Assembly: GCA_944372365.1 (NCBI GenBank)
Contig: CALVYP010000002.1
Coordinates: 121,369 to 185,368 of the forward strand
DNA length: 64,000 bases
Direction: 5' to 3'
DNA from: an uncultured Clostridia bacterium
GTDB taxonomy: Bacteria; Bacillota; Clostridia; Christensenellales; UBA1242
Made by a program: the position numbers and the translations under genes. Of the stretch, positions 29,841-38,277 are shown in pieces. The notes below the pieces were generated by a model. That model made no database searches. It saw only the letters and a list, made by a program, of their open reading frames with translations, and was not told the origin of the DNA. Position 1 is the stretch's first letter; every line of letters begins with the position of its first letter.

Positions 29841-29929
29841 GCAGAGGTGTCAGAGCGGTCTAATGTGCACGCTTGGAAAGCGTGTGTGGTTAACAGCCAC
29901 CTCGGGTTCGAATCCCGACCTCTGCGCCA
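29841..29929 (+). tRNA. tRNA-Ser (anticodon GGA), type II with long variable arm, encoded CCA
   Basis: Acceptor GCAGAGG / CCTCTGC plus G-CCA. Anticodon stem-loop CACGC-TTGGAAA-GCGTG. Long variable arm. T-arm GGGTTCGAATCCC. Confidence 0.93.
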
Positions 29930-30380
29930 TACAAAAATTGTCGCCTTGAAAGCTCACTTTCGTTTCGTTAGTTCGCGCGGACAGGCGCAATTTTTGTTTA
30001 TGCGGCCAGACGAAAATCGACATAAACGGGTCCCCGTGAAATTGTTTACAATTTCATGGGAGAAGGAACAAACAAGCGACAGCGGCGCATTTGCGAACAG
30101 CAAATTGCCAAAAGCGCCGTTTGTGACGCCGCCGCAACTGCCATCCGAAGCAGAAATTCTAAGAAAGCGGATAAAATTTATAATCGCGGGCACGCCATAC
30201 GGCTAACCGCTATTTTTTTGGTTTTCCCACGAGCCCTCGGGCGAATTACAACTTAATGCTTGTTTTCGCTTATCAGCGAAAAGCTGCGCGCGGCGCAAAA
30301 ACTTTTTTAAAAAGTGCGAATTTTGATATAAAAAATTTTTAAGTGTGATATAATCAACTTATAGGGTAAAGTGAGGTTTT

Positions 30381-31238
30381 ATGAAAATTAAGTTTTCAAG
30401 TGATTCAACATGCGATATGCCAAAACATCTTGTAGACGAGTTTGATGTTGCAATTTTTCCGTTGTTTGTAACACTTGGCGAAAACACCTATCTCGACGGC
30501 GTAAACATACATCCAGATGATTTGTATGAGTTTGTTTCACAAACCAACACTTTGCCAAAAACAGCAGCAAGAAGCGTTGAAGATTTTAAACAGTTTTTTC
30601 TTAAACTGCTGAAAAAAGCAGATGTTGTTGTGCATTGCGGCATTGGCGCAAAACTTTCTGCGTGCTACAACAACGCTTGTCTAGCTGCAAAAGAAATTGG
30701 AGAAGATAAAGTCATCGTCATCGACAGCAGCGCGCTTTCAACAGGCACTACGCTTGTGATTTTAAGCGGTGCAAGTGCATACAGGGCGGGGGCTGATTTA
30801 AACGAAGTTGTTGAAAACATGAAAAACGCAGCCGAGCATGTGCAGTCATCTTTTATTGTCGACAGGCTTGACTATCTGCACAAGGGCGGTAGAGTTTCTA
30901 GGTTCACTTTTTCAGTTGCAACTTTTCTAAGAATCAAGCCGCGTCTTGAAGTTGTGGACGGGCTTTTAATCAACACAGGCAAAGAGATGGGGCCTTACAA
31001 ATCGGTGGTGATCAAATATGTGGATTCAATTTTGAAAAAATATAATAATCCGCGCAAAGATTTATGTCTTGTAACATTTACAAAACTTGATGAAAAAATC
31101 ATTCAAAGCGTGGTTGACTATGTTAAAAGCAAAAACATTTTCGACCATGTTGAAACCGCTTTGGCAGGCAGCGTAATCACCAGCCATTGTGGCGAAGGAA
31201 CGCTTGGAATTTTGTATATAAATGACGGCAAAAATTAA
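30381..31238 (+). CDS. DegV family fatty-acid-binding protein
   Basis: FSSDSTCDMP N-terminus and overall DegV-like pattern, 285 aa. TGa-TATAAT -10 at 30346-30354 and SD GTGAGG. Confidence 0.85.
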   Translation: MKIKFSSDSTCDMPKHLVDEFDVAIFPLFVTLGENTYLDGVNIHPDDLYEFVSQTNTLPKTAARSVEDFKQFFLKLLKKADVVVHCGIGAKLSACYNNACLAAKEIGEDKVIVIDSSALSTGTTLVILSGASAYRAGADLNEVVENMKNAAEHVQSSFIVDRLDYLHKGGRVSRFTFSVATFLRIKPRLEVVDGLLINTGKEMGPYKSVVIKYVDSILKKYNNPRKDLCLVTFTKLDEKIIQSVVDYVKSKNIFDHVETALAGSVITSHCGEGTLGILYINDGKN

Positions 31239-31249
31239 ACAAGATTCTT

Positions 31250-31281
31250 AAAAACAGGCATTGACTAATGCCTGTTTTTTT
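31250..31281 (+). terminator. rho-independent terminator of degV
   Basis: CAGGCAT-TGACTA-ATGCCTG with A-run and T-run flanks. Confidence 0.7.
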
Positions 31282-31289
31282 ATTATAAT
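31261..31289 (+). promoter_or_regulatory. sigma-A-type promoter whose -35 lies in the degV terminator loop
   Basis: TTGACT (31261-31266), 17 nt, TATAAT (31284-31289). Confidence 0.5.
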
Positions 31290-31309
31290 ATCATCGGTTA
31301 GGAGATGAT

Positions 31310-32278
31310 ATGAAGCCAGAAGATAGATTGATAAAAGATGTTGAATTATCAGAACTTGATATAAAACTTATTCAAGGACAGTATGCGGCAGAATACAAAA
31401 AACTTGAAGAAAAAGCCAAGGCATTAAGGTTGGAAATTATCTCAACTTTCACAAGATGCAACTTGGCAATGCAGTTGTATCTTAAAGCCACCAGCGATAT
31501 TTTAAATGCGCGTGGCATAGCTGCCATGATGACGAAAGACTCTCTCGTTTCAATCAAGGATGTCATCCTTGTGCAAGCTGTGCTTGACGATTTTTTAAAT
31601 CAAGCGTCAGAAGAAGCTAAGTGGAACATTGAAACCATGAAGCTTTTTTATGCGATTGTTGAAGGGTATGAAAAAGTTTATTCAGTTCTCAAGCCTTTAA
31701 AACCAAGAAAAGGCAATTTTACTGTATCTCCAAGTGAAATTAAAGCACTTGGCAAAAAATCAGCAATTTTGTTTCCAAACTATCAGTTTTGCTTATTAAG
31801 AATAAAAGATCTTTTAGCAGCTGAAGAGAAAGTAGAAAAGGCCATTAAGCAAGAGCAGCTTAAAGTTTGCCAACCTGACAGACAAACTGCCGCACAAGCC
31901 GAAGAGCAACCCGAGCAAAAAACCAAACAGCAGCGCATAGCAGACCTTCAAAGGCAATATGCTCTTTCAGAAGATTTTGCAGAGCGATATAACAGCATAA
32001 TTTTACAGATGGAAAAGAAAAACCATCCAAACACAACTGATGCAGGCAAGGCGCTTGAAAAATATATTGACATGATTTTGCTCGATCGTGAAGTTGGCGA
32101 TTATTTTAAAGAAAATCAAGATGGCTCAACCGCCAGAGACGAAAATGGCGACGCAATTTTGAAAAATCAAAATCTCAGTGAAAAAGATATTAAAAAACTT
32201 GAGAAAAAATTTGCAAATTCTTCGCACTATGCCTACAAAGTTTTAGATGCAACCGAAGATATCGGGCCAAAAAGATAA
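31310..32278 (+). CDS. hypothetical protein (322 aa, coiled-coil-like, Gln/Glu-rich centre)
   Basis: SD AGGAG, with its own promoter and terminator. No recognisable motif. Confidence 0.6.
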   Translation: MKPEDRLIKDVELSELDIKLIQGQYAAEYKKLEEKAKALRLEIISTFTRCNLAMQLYLKATSDILNARGIAAMMTKDSLVSIKDVILVQAVLDDFLNQASEEAKWNIETMKLFYAIVEGYEKVYSVLKPLKPRKGNFTVSPSEIKALGKKSAILFPNYQFCLLRIKDLLAAEEKVEKAIKQEQLKVCQPDRQTAAQAEEQPEQKTKQQRIADLQRQYALSEDFAERYNSIILQMEKKNHPNTTDAGKALEKYIDMILLDREVGDYFKENQDGSTARDENGDAILKNQNLSEKDIKKLEKKFANSSHYAYKVLDATEDIGPKR

Positions 32279-32300
32279 AAAGGCAAACAAGCCTTTTTTT
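32277..32300 (+). terminator. rho-independent terminator (weak, AT-rich stem)
   Basis: AAAAAGGC-AAACAA-GCCTTTTT. The stem includes the TAA stop. Confidence 0.45.
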
Positions 32301-32302
32301 CT

Positions 32303-32330
32303 TTGTCATAAAAAATTTTTATGCTACAAT
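32303..32330 (+). promoter_or_regulatory. sigma-A-type promoter of the HIT-rnhA pair
   Basis: TTGTCA (32303-32308), 16 nt, TGc-TACAAT (32325-32330). Confidence 0.5.
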
Positions 32331-32346
32331 ATAGGCGAGGTGAAAT

Positions 32347-32745
32347 ATGGATTGTGTTTTTTGTAAAATAGTTAAAGGTGAAATTCCTTGCTATAAAATC
32401 TATGAAGATGATGATGTTTTGGCTATGCTCGACATCGCTGCAGATGTTGAAGGGCACACTTTGGTTCTGCCAAAAGTGCATGCTGCCGACATCAATGAAT
32501 GTGACGCGCAAACCTATCAAAAGGTTATGCTAGCTTCAAAAAAGATTGTCGACCACTTTTTAAAACTTGGCTATGACGGTGCCAATGTTGTGGTGAATTG
32601 CAAGCGTGCAGCGGGACAGGAAGTGCCACATTTGCATGTGCATGTTTTTCCTAGAAAAGATAACGATGGCGTTAAAATTAAAGTGGAGCATCCACAAAAT
32701 AAACTAAACCTTGAAGATATTGCCAAAAAGTTGAGGTTAAACTAA
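32347..32745 (+). CDS. HIT (histidine triad) family nucleotide hydrolase
   Basis: CVFCKI N-terminus and HLHVHVFPR histidine-triad motif. Confidence 0.9.
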   Translation: MDCVFCKIVKGEIPCYKIYEDDDVLAMLDIAADVEGHTLVLPKVHAADINECDAQTYQKVMLASKKIVDHFLKLGYDGANVVVNCKRAAGQEVPHLHVHVFPRKDNDGVKIKVEHPQNKLNLEDIAKKLRLN

Positions 32746-32746
32746 T

Positions 32747-33184
32747 TTGAAAAAAGTTGTTCTATACACTGACGGGGCTTGTTCTGGCAATCCGGGCAAA
32801 GGCGGATGGGCTGCAATTTTGCAGAGCGGCGGGCGTGAAAAAGTGCTGTCTGGCGGAGAAGCAAACACAACAAACAACCGCATGGAGCTTATGGGGGTGA
32901 TCAGCGGGCTGGAAGCTCTTAAATTTTCTTGCGAAGTTGATATTTACAGCGATTCAGCATATGTGGTGAACGCTTTTTTGCAGGATTGGATTAGCTATTG
33001 GCTGATGAGCGGCTGGAAGACCAAGGGCAAAAAGCCAGTGCAGAATGTTGAGCTGTGGCAAAGGCTTATTGATGTGACGCGTAAGCATAAAATAACATGG
33101 CACAAAGTTAAAGGCCATGCAGACAATCAGTTAAACAACAGATGTGATATGCTGGCAAGAAGCGAGATTGATAAATTAAACTAG
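32747..33184 (+). CDS. rnhA: ribonuclease HI
   Basis: LYTDGACSGNPGKGGWAAIL, TNNRMEL, YSDS, VKGHA..N..CD. Colinear with E. coli RNase HI including the catalytic acidic residues. TTG start 2 nt after the HIT stop. Confidence 0.9.
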   Translation: MKKVVLYTDGACSGNPGKGGWAAILQSGGREKVLSGGEANTTNNRMELMGVISGLEALKFSCEVDIYSDSAYVVNAFLQDWISYWLMSGWKTKGKKPVQNVELWQRLIDVTRKHKITWHKVKGHADNQLNNRCDMLARSEIDKLN

Positions 33185-33283
33185 GGGTGGAAAAACTTTT
33201 CAAGCCCCTTTTTTGGGGCTTGAAAAATGCCATGCCTTGCGGCATGGCAAAAACCCGCGCGGCGGGTTTGTTTTTCCGCCTAG
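33181..33283. terminator. triple-hairpin cluster between convergent genes, closed by a stem containing both stop codons
   Basis: Hairpins at 33197-33226 (12 bp), 33228-33249 (9 bp) and 33251-33269 (8 bp). Closing stem 33181-33196 / 33270-33283 with a 2-nt bulge. Confidence 0.65.
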
Positions 33284-33840
33284 TCGGTGTTCACCAAATT
33301 TTCATAAACAAATTCATAAACATTTGGCGCTTGTCTTTTCCATTTTTTGTCTGCTTCAATCGCACTCTGCCTTGATGGCGCTTTAATTTTAATTTCAAAC
33401 ATAGGCGATGCAATCATCGGCTCGTAAATTCTAAGCGTAACGGTGTAAGATCCGTCTTCATTTTTAACATAGTTTGAAGTGTATTCTTGTGAAGTTTTAA
33501 CTGAGAGTTTGTTGTTTTTAACATATTCAGTCATGCGCTCTCTAAGTGGGTATGGCACACGATTGTAAAGTTGTGCCAAACAATCTCTGCCAGCATAGGT
33601 AATGGAATAAAGCTCATCATTTTCGGCGTTTTCGGTTTTATAGATAAATCCGCTGTCGTTTAACTCGGCGATTATAGAAACGCAATCCATATAGCTTATC
33701 CAGTCATTTTCAATGCTGCAAATGTCGAGAATAGAATTTTTTGTGAGTGGAATTTCCATTTTTTCCATAAAAAAAAGCAAGGTTAGTTTAAGCCTAATTT
33801 TTTCTTCGTTGTTGATTTCGTTTGAAATTAAATTGTCCAT
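33280..33840 (-). CDS. DUF4364-like putative wHTH protein
   Basis: 186 aa. The N-terminal KIRLKLTLLFFMEKMEIPLTKNSILD pattern resembles the PadR-like DUF4364 proteins of Clostridia. Assigned from memory. Confidence 0.55.
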   Translation of the reverse strand: MDNLISNEINNEEKIRLKLTLLFFMEKMEIPLTKNSILDICSIENDWISYMDCVSIIAELNDSGFIYKTENAENDELYSITYAGRDCLAQLYNRVPYPLRERMTEYVKNNKLSVKTSQEYTSNYVKNEDGSYTVTLRIYEPMIASPMFEIKIKAPSRQSAIEADKKWKRQAPNVYEFVYENLVNTD

Positions 33841-33846
33841 GCTTAA

Positions 33847-33875
33847 ATAATAGCAGTTTTTTTATAATATTGCAA
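33847..33875 (-). promoter_or_regulatory. sigma-A-type promoter abutting the DUF4364 start codon
   Basis: Read on the - strand: TTGCAA (33875-33870), 17 nt, TATTAT (33852-33847), 6 nt, ATG (33840). No SD. Confidence 0.55.
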
Positions 33876-33883
33876 ATTTTTTA

Positions 33884-33911
33884 TTGTTTTTTTTAATTGA
33901 TATGCTAAAAT
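33884..33911 (+). promoter_or_regulatory. divergent sigma-A-type promoter of the 33927 gene
   Basis: TTGTTT (33884-33889), 16 nt, TGc-TAAAAT (33906-33911). SD TGAGGA follows. Confidence 0.5.
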
Positions 33912-33926
33912 ATAAATGAGGATATT

Positions 33927-34742
33927 ATGGAAAATATAGATGAAGTGCTTAATTTAATTGATTTGTGCGATGAACTTATGTCCACTAAAATTTTGTTTGC
34001 AGACAAAAAAATTGAAAAAATTTTGGAAGCGATTGCAACTTCGCCACAGGTTTACGAGTTGCTTTCAGAGTGCATGGGTCAGTTTAACAAAGAAAAGGAG
34101 TTTGACAAAGCTTTTGCCAAGGATTCAAGCGGCAAAAAAGTTTTTGTTATGCCAAAAGAAGAATACAAAATTTTGGCGTTGGTTTTTTGCTTGCTAAATG
34201 ACATTGCCAACGGCAAAATTGCATTTGACGAGCTTATTGCAACTTATTTTGCTGATGAAAATGGCAAGCTTGATGCAAGCGGATTTATGAACAGCGTTGT
34301 AAAGCCGTTCCGCGATTTGATTGCAGATGCTTTTCAAGTTACTCAGCCAGAAGAGGAGCAAGAAGAGTTGCCACTGACGCCAGAACAACTGCAAGATCTT
34401 TCGCCAGAAGAAAGGCTGAAAATTTTGCCGTTCCCAATAGAGAGAACATACAATTTTGCAAACGACTCGCAAAGCTCTTGCCAAACATTTGTTGATGCCA
34501 AAGACGCGGCCATTCAAATGCTTGAATTGCTTTCAGAAGAGCGCGCAACTAAGCAAGTTGAAGATGTAACTTTAATGTTGCACTGCATTATAATCTCATG
34601 CATGGAAAAAGATTTTGATTTGGTTAACGGCTTGGTTAGCGGGTTGAAATATGCGGCAAAAGGCATTAAAAGTCTAAAATATTTTGTGCGCGAACTGCAG
34701 GAGATTGTAGATCGACAAATCAGGCGTGAAACTAGACAGTAA
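33927..34742 (+). CDS. hypothetical protein (271 aa, acidic)
   Basis: Promoter plus SD context. No recognisable motif. The 3' end overlaps the convergent ylbJ by 11 nt. Confidence 0.6.
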   Translation: MENIDEVLNLIDLCDELMSTKILFADKKIEKILEAIATSPQVYELLSECMGQFNKEKEFDKAFAKDSSGKKVFVMPKEEYKILALVFCLLNDIANGKIAFDELIATYFADENGKLDASGFMNSVVKPFRDLIADAFQVTQPEEEQEELPLTPEQLQDLSPEERLKILPFPIERTYNFANDSQSSCQTFVDAKDAAIQMLELLSEERATKQVEDVTLMLHCIIISCMEKDFDLVNGLVSGLKYAAKGIKSLKYFVRELQEIVDRQIRRETRQ

Positions 34743-35664
34743 GCATTAAAAGCGATGTGATTGTTGCCGAAATTAAGCCTTGTGAAAATTTTTGAATTGA
34801 GAACAGCCAAGTTGGCATTCTCAATTTTTTTAACATCGCTTGCGATTGCATAATTGTTGAAAAACCACCAAAACTTATAACAAAACTGCAAACAATCGCC
34901 GCAGTAAATTTTGGCATAGCGCTGGCATCAATGCACCCGCGAGTTAGTTCAACCATACCTTCAAACAGCGGTTTAAATGGCAGCAGGCTAAACAGCGGGT
35001 CAAGCGCCTGAATGATTATAAAAAACAAACAGATGATTGCTCCCACACTTAAAGCGCCTTGCACGGATGAGATGATTATATCTGCAAAATCCATAGGCTT
35101 TTTTTGAGTTTGCGAATTTTGACGAGACACTTCTTTGACAGATATTTTGCGATAAATCAGTCCGTTAACCAGCGCGCTTAATGCGTGAGATATAAACAAT
35201 ATCGCGCCAATCTGCGGGCTTTTAAGCAACAAACATCCAACCGTTCCTATGATAAACATCGGCCCAGAATTAGAGCAAAAACTGCACATTCTAAACGCCT
35301 GCGAGCGCGAAATTCTTTTGCTTTCATAAAGGTCGGCAACCATCTTGCTGCCAACGGGATAGCCGGCGAGAACGCTTATAAAATAAACATATCCGCTGCT
35401 TGCGCCAGTGCTATAAATTTTAGCAAAAGGCCTGCTGAATGGTTTGGCAAGCTTTTCCATTTGGCCAAGTTCTATAATCGCTTTTGTAATTATCATAAAC
35501 GGCAAAACGCATGGCAGCACATTCAGCGCCCAAGCAGAAATCCCGTTTAGCGACGCATCGATAAACTGTTGCGGGTCAAGCGCAATCATAACGGCAAAAC
35601 AAAGCAGCAAAACAGTTAAAATCAATTTAAAATTTTTCAAAAACACTCCAAAACCATTTGACAC
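34732..35664 (-). CDS. ylbJ: sporulation integral membrane protein YlbJ-like (nucleoside-recognition/Gate domains)
   Basis: GISAWALNVLPCVLPFMIITKAIIELG and SNSGPMFIIGTVG segments resemble YlbJ. GTG start. 310 aa, shorter than the B. subtilis protein as I recall it. Confidence 0.6.
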   Translation of the reverse strand: MSNGFGVFLKNFKLILTVLLLCFAVMIALDPQQFIDASLNGISAWALNVLPCVLPFMIITKAIIELGQMEKLAKPFSRPFAKIYSTGASSGYVYFISVLAGYPVGSKMVADLYESKRISRSQAFRMCSFCSNSGPMFIIGTVGCLLLKSPQIGAILFISHALSALVNGLIYRKISVKEVSRQNSQTQKKPMDFADIIISSVQGALSVGAIICLFFIIIQALDPLFSLLPFKPLFEGMVELTRGCIDASAMPKFTAAIVCSFVISFGGFSTIMQSQAMLKKLRMPTWLFSIQKFSQGLISATITSLLMLTV

Positions 35665-35734
35665 AACTTCGACAATTTATATATACTAAAATTGACTTGA
35701 TAAAAGAATAAAAGTCTTAAAAGGAAGTCCTTTT

Positions 35735-36718
35735 ATGTTTAATATAAACAAACTTTTGGCAAAGGCCAAGGCTAAAAATAAAACAATAATTTTTCCAGAA
35801 GCAGGGTTTAGCGATCGCACAATCCAAGCAGTTAAAATTTTGAAAAGAAAAAAAATCTGCAATGTAATTTTGGTTGGTGATGAAAGCAGTTTGGTGATTA
35901 GAGATAAATCACTTTTAAGCTTCACGATTTTAAATCCAAAAACCTATGCATATAAAAATAAGCTTGCCAAGCACCTTTATTTAAAGCGCAAAGATAAAGG
36001 CATGACAATTCAGCAGGCTGAAACTTTGGTGCAAGATCCTTATTATTTTGCAACGCTGCTTGTCGACTTGGGCGTGGCTGATGGTATGGTTGCAGGGGCG
36101 GAATGCTCTACGGCAAGCACGCTTAGGCCAGCACTTCAAATTATAAAAACATCCCGAAAATCAGAGCTGGCATCTTCATGCTTTTTGATGTATGGCAAAA
36201 ACAAGTTTATGGGGCAGCGCGCTATGCTATTTGCTGATTGCGGATTGAATGAAAATCCAACGGCAGCGCAACTTGTGGATATTGCAGGGCAAACAGTTGA
36301 AAGCGGCAAGTTGTTTGGGTTTGATGAAATGAATGTTGCGTTTTTGTCTTATTCCACACATGGCAGCGCCAAAAGCGAAATGGTGGATAAAGTTAGGCAA
36401 GCTGCAAGCAAGTTTTCACGCCCAGCGGTTGTCAGCGATGGCGAAATGCAGCTTGATGCCGCACTCAGGCCTGAGGTTGCTGCACTTAAAGCGCCAAACA
36501 GCCCAATTCAAGGCAACGCGAATATATTTATCTTTCCAGATTTAAACTCGGGCAACATTTGCTATAAAGCAATTCAAATGTTTGGTGGAATGAATGCAAT
36601 CGGGCCGATAGTTCAAGGCCTTAAAAAGCCTGTCAACGATCTGTCTAGGGGTTGCAATGTCAACGATATTGTTATTTTAAGCGCAATAACAGCGCTTCAA
36701 GCAAAGGAGATAAAATGA
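35735..36718 (+). CDS. pta: phosphate acetyltransferase
   Basis: 327 aa. IIFPEAGFSDRTIQA.., FADCGLNENPTA.., LSYST.GS pattern. ackA immediately downstream. Confidence 0.9.
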   Translation: MFNINKLLAKAKAKNKTIIFPEAGFSDRTIQAVKILKRKKICNVILVGDESSLVIRDKSLLSFTILNPKTYAYKNKLAKHLYLKRKDKGMTIQQAETLVQDPYYFATLLVDLGVADGMVAGAECSTASTLRPALQIIKTSRKSELASSCFLMYGKNKFMGQRAMLFADCGLNENPTAAQLVDIAGQTVESGKLFGFDEMNVAFLSYSTHGSAKSEMVDKVRQAASKFSRPAVVSDGEMQLDAALRPEVAALKAPNSPIQGNANIFIFPDLNSGNICYKAIQMFGGMNAIGPIVQGLKKPVNDLSRGCNVNDIVILSAITALQAKEIK

Positions 36719-37920
36719 AAATTTTAATTATAAATGCTGGCAGCTCGTCAATCAAATTTCAGCTTTTTGAAATGAAAGATGAAAGTGTGATTGCAAAAGG
36801 CACATGCCAAATGATCGGGCTTGCGAATCCGTTTATTGAATACAAGGCAAAAGGGCAGGAAATTGTTAAGCACCTGCCGATGAAAGATCACACACAGGCG
36901 CTTCAAGTTGTTTTAGACATGCTTTCAAACAGCGAATTGAAAGTGGTTGACAGCTTTGACGAAATTGCAGCGGTAGGACACAGATGCGTGCAGGGCGGCT
37001 GGTTTTACAGTGAAAGCGTGCTTATAACCGACGAAGTGATTGAAAATCTTAAACAAACCAAGGATATTTCTCCGCTTCACGCCGAAGCCAACATCGCAGG
37101 AATGATCGGTTGCCGCAAGGTTATGCCGTCAACTCCACAGGTTGTTGTGTTTGACACAGCTTTTCATGCGTCGATGCCTGAAAAAGCCTTTATGTATGGC
37201 ATAAAATATGAAGATTACAAAAATTATCACATCCGCAAATATGGTTTTCATGGCACAAGCCATAGGTTTATTTTAGGCGAAACTGCACGCGTGCTTGGCA
37301 AAAATCCAAAGGATGTTAAAATTATTTCATGCCACATCGGCAATGGCTCGTCAATCACGGCAATCAAAGATGGCAAAAGTATAGACACAACAATGGGTTT
37401 CACTCCGCTTGAAGGCGTTATGATGGGCTCGCGCTCTGGTGATATAGATCCAACAGTTGTTGCCTTTTTGGCCGACAAGAAAAACAAAACCCCAAACGAA
37501 ATTGTCAACTACTTAAACAAAGAAGGCGGCGTGCTTGGCATATCTGGCGTTTCAAGTGATATGCGTGAGCTTTCTCAGGCAATCAAACAGGGCAACCAAC
37601 GCGCCCAACTTGCGTTTGATATGTATTGCTATCGCATTGTTAAACACATCGGCGCAATGCTTGCGGTGCTTGGTGGGGCAGATGCAATTGTGTTCACCGC
37701 TGGTGTTGGTGAAAACGATGAAGCGGTGCGAGAAGAAGTGCTTAAAAATCTTGCATGGGCTGGCGTTGACTTTGACGCAGAAAAAAATGCCAACCTGCCT
37801 CGTGGCACAATTGAAGAGCTTTCAACCAAAAAGTCCAAAATCAAAGTTTACAGAATTCCAACCAATGAAGAGCTTTTAATTGCGCGTGACACCAAACTTA
37901 TTGCTAAATTAAAAGACTAA
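36715..37920 (+). CDS. ackA: acetate kinase
   Basis: MKILIINAGSSSIKFQLF N-terminus and FHGTSH. ATG 36715 (ATGA overlap with pta, SD AAGGAGA) is preferred over ORF-track 36652. Confidence 0.95.
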   Translation: MKILIINAGSSSIKFQLFEMKDESVIAKGTCQMIGLANPFIEYKAKGQEIVKHLPMKDHTQALQVVLDMLSNSELKVVDSFDEIAAVGHRCVQGGWFYSESVLITDEVIENLKQTKDISPLHAEANIAGMIGCRKVMPSTPQVVVFDTAFHASMPEKAFMYGIKYEDYKNYHIRKYGFHGTSHRFILGETARVLGKNPKDVKIISCHIGNGSSITAIKDGKSIDTTMGFTPLEGVMMGSRSGDIDPTVVAFLADKKNKTPNEIVNYLNKEGGVLGISGVSSDMRELSQAIKQGNQRAQLAFDMYCYRIVKHIGAMLAVLGGADAIVFTAGVGENDEAVREEVLKNLAWAGVDFDAEKNANLPRGTIEELSTKKSKIKVYRIPTNEELLIARDTKLIAKLKD

Positions 37921-37934
37921 ATTGCAAAATTTGC

Positions 37935-37963
37935 TTGACAAAAATTCAACTTATCACTATAAT
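37935..37963 (+). promoter_or_regulatory. sigma-A-type promoter of rpmF
   Basis: TTGACA (37935-37940), 17 nt, TATAAT (37958-37963). Confidence 0.6.
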
Positions 37964-37994
37964 TGAAAAGAACTAAAATTTTAAGGAGGAAATC

Positions 37995-38189
37995 ATGGCT
38001 GTTCCAAAGGGTAAAGTTTCAAAAGCAAGAAGAAATTCAAGAAATTCCGCAAATTTTAAGGCAACGGCTCCAACACTTGTTGAATGCCCACAATGCCACG
38101 AATTAAAAGCACCTCACACTGTTTGCAAAAAGTGCGGAACTTACAAAAATCAAACTGTGATTGAAGTAGACAAAAACAAGAAAAAGTAA
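37995..38189 (+). CDS. rpmF: 50S ribosomal protein L32
   Basis: MAVPKGKVSKARRNSR.. with a CPQC..CKKCG zinc ribbon. SD AAGGAGG. Confidence 0.95.
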   Translation: MAVPKGKVSKARRNSRNSANFKATAPTLVECPQCHELKAPHTVCKKCGTYKNQTVIEVDKNKKK

Positions 38190-38277
38190 CATAACACAAC
38201 ATATTTGTGGTTTTATGTCATAATAGCCACAATATATTGTTTTTTATTGACAATCTTACATAAAATTTTGATTTTTT

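Noticed and set aside
30228-30248. Possible att-site remnant: CCTCGGGCGAATT (30234-30246) resembles the tRNA-Ser T-arm CCTCGGGTTCGAAT.
   Set aside because: Only about 11 matching bases with an indel. There is no integrase or other mobile genes nearby. This is within chance expectation.
29847-30256. Track ORFs 29847..30206 (+), 30056..30256 (+) and 29954..30193 (-) in the gap after tRNA-Ser.
   Set aside because: The first overlaps the tRNA gene itself. None has an SD or a plausible promoter-to-start arrangement, and the translations are low-complexity with no recognisable motif. I treat the region as noncoding.
29930-30320. The idea that the post-tRNA noncoding stretch is tmRNA, SRP RNA, 6S RNA or a known riboswitch.
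   Set aside because: I found no tRNA-like acceptor/T-arm with a tag ORF ending in ..LAA-stop, no SRP helix-8 GGAAGCAGC-type motif, and no core motifs of the riboswitch classes I know. A 6S RNA cannot be judged by eye. The region is left unassigned.
34514-34891. Track ORF 34514..34891 (-) as a frameshifted continuation of the short ylbJ.
   Set aside because: Its translation is not membrane-like and lies antisense to the 33927 gene. The ylbJ ORF already contains both Gate-like halves.
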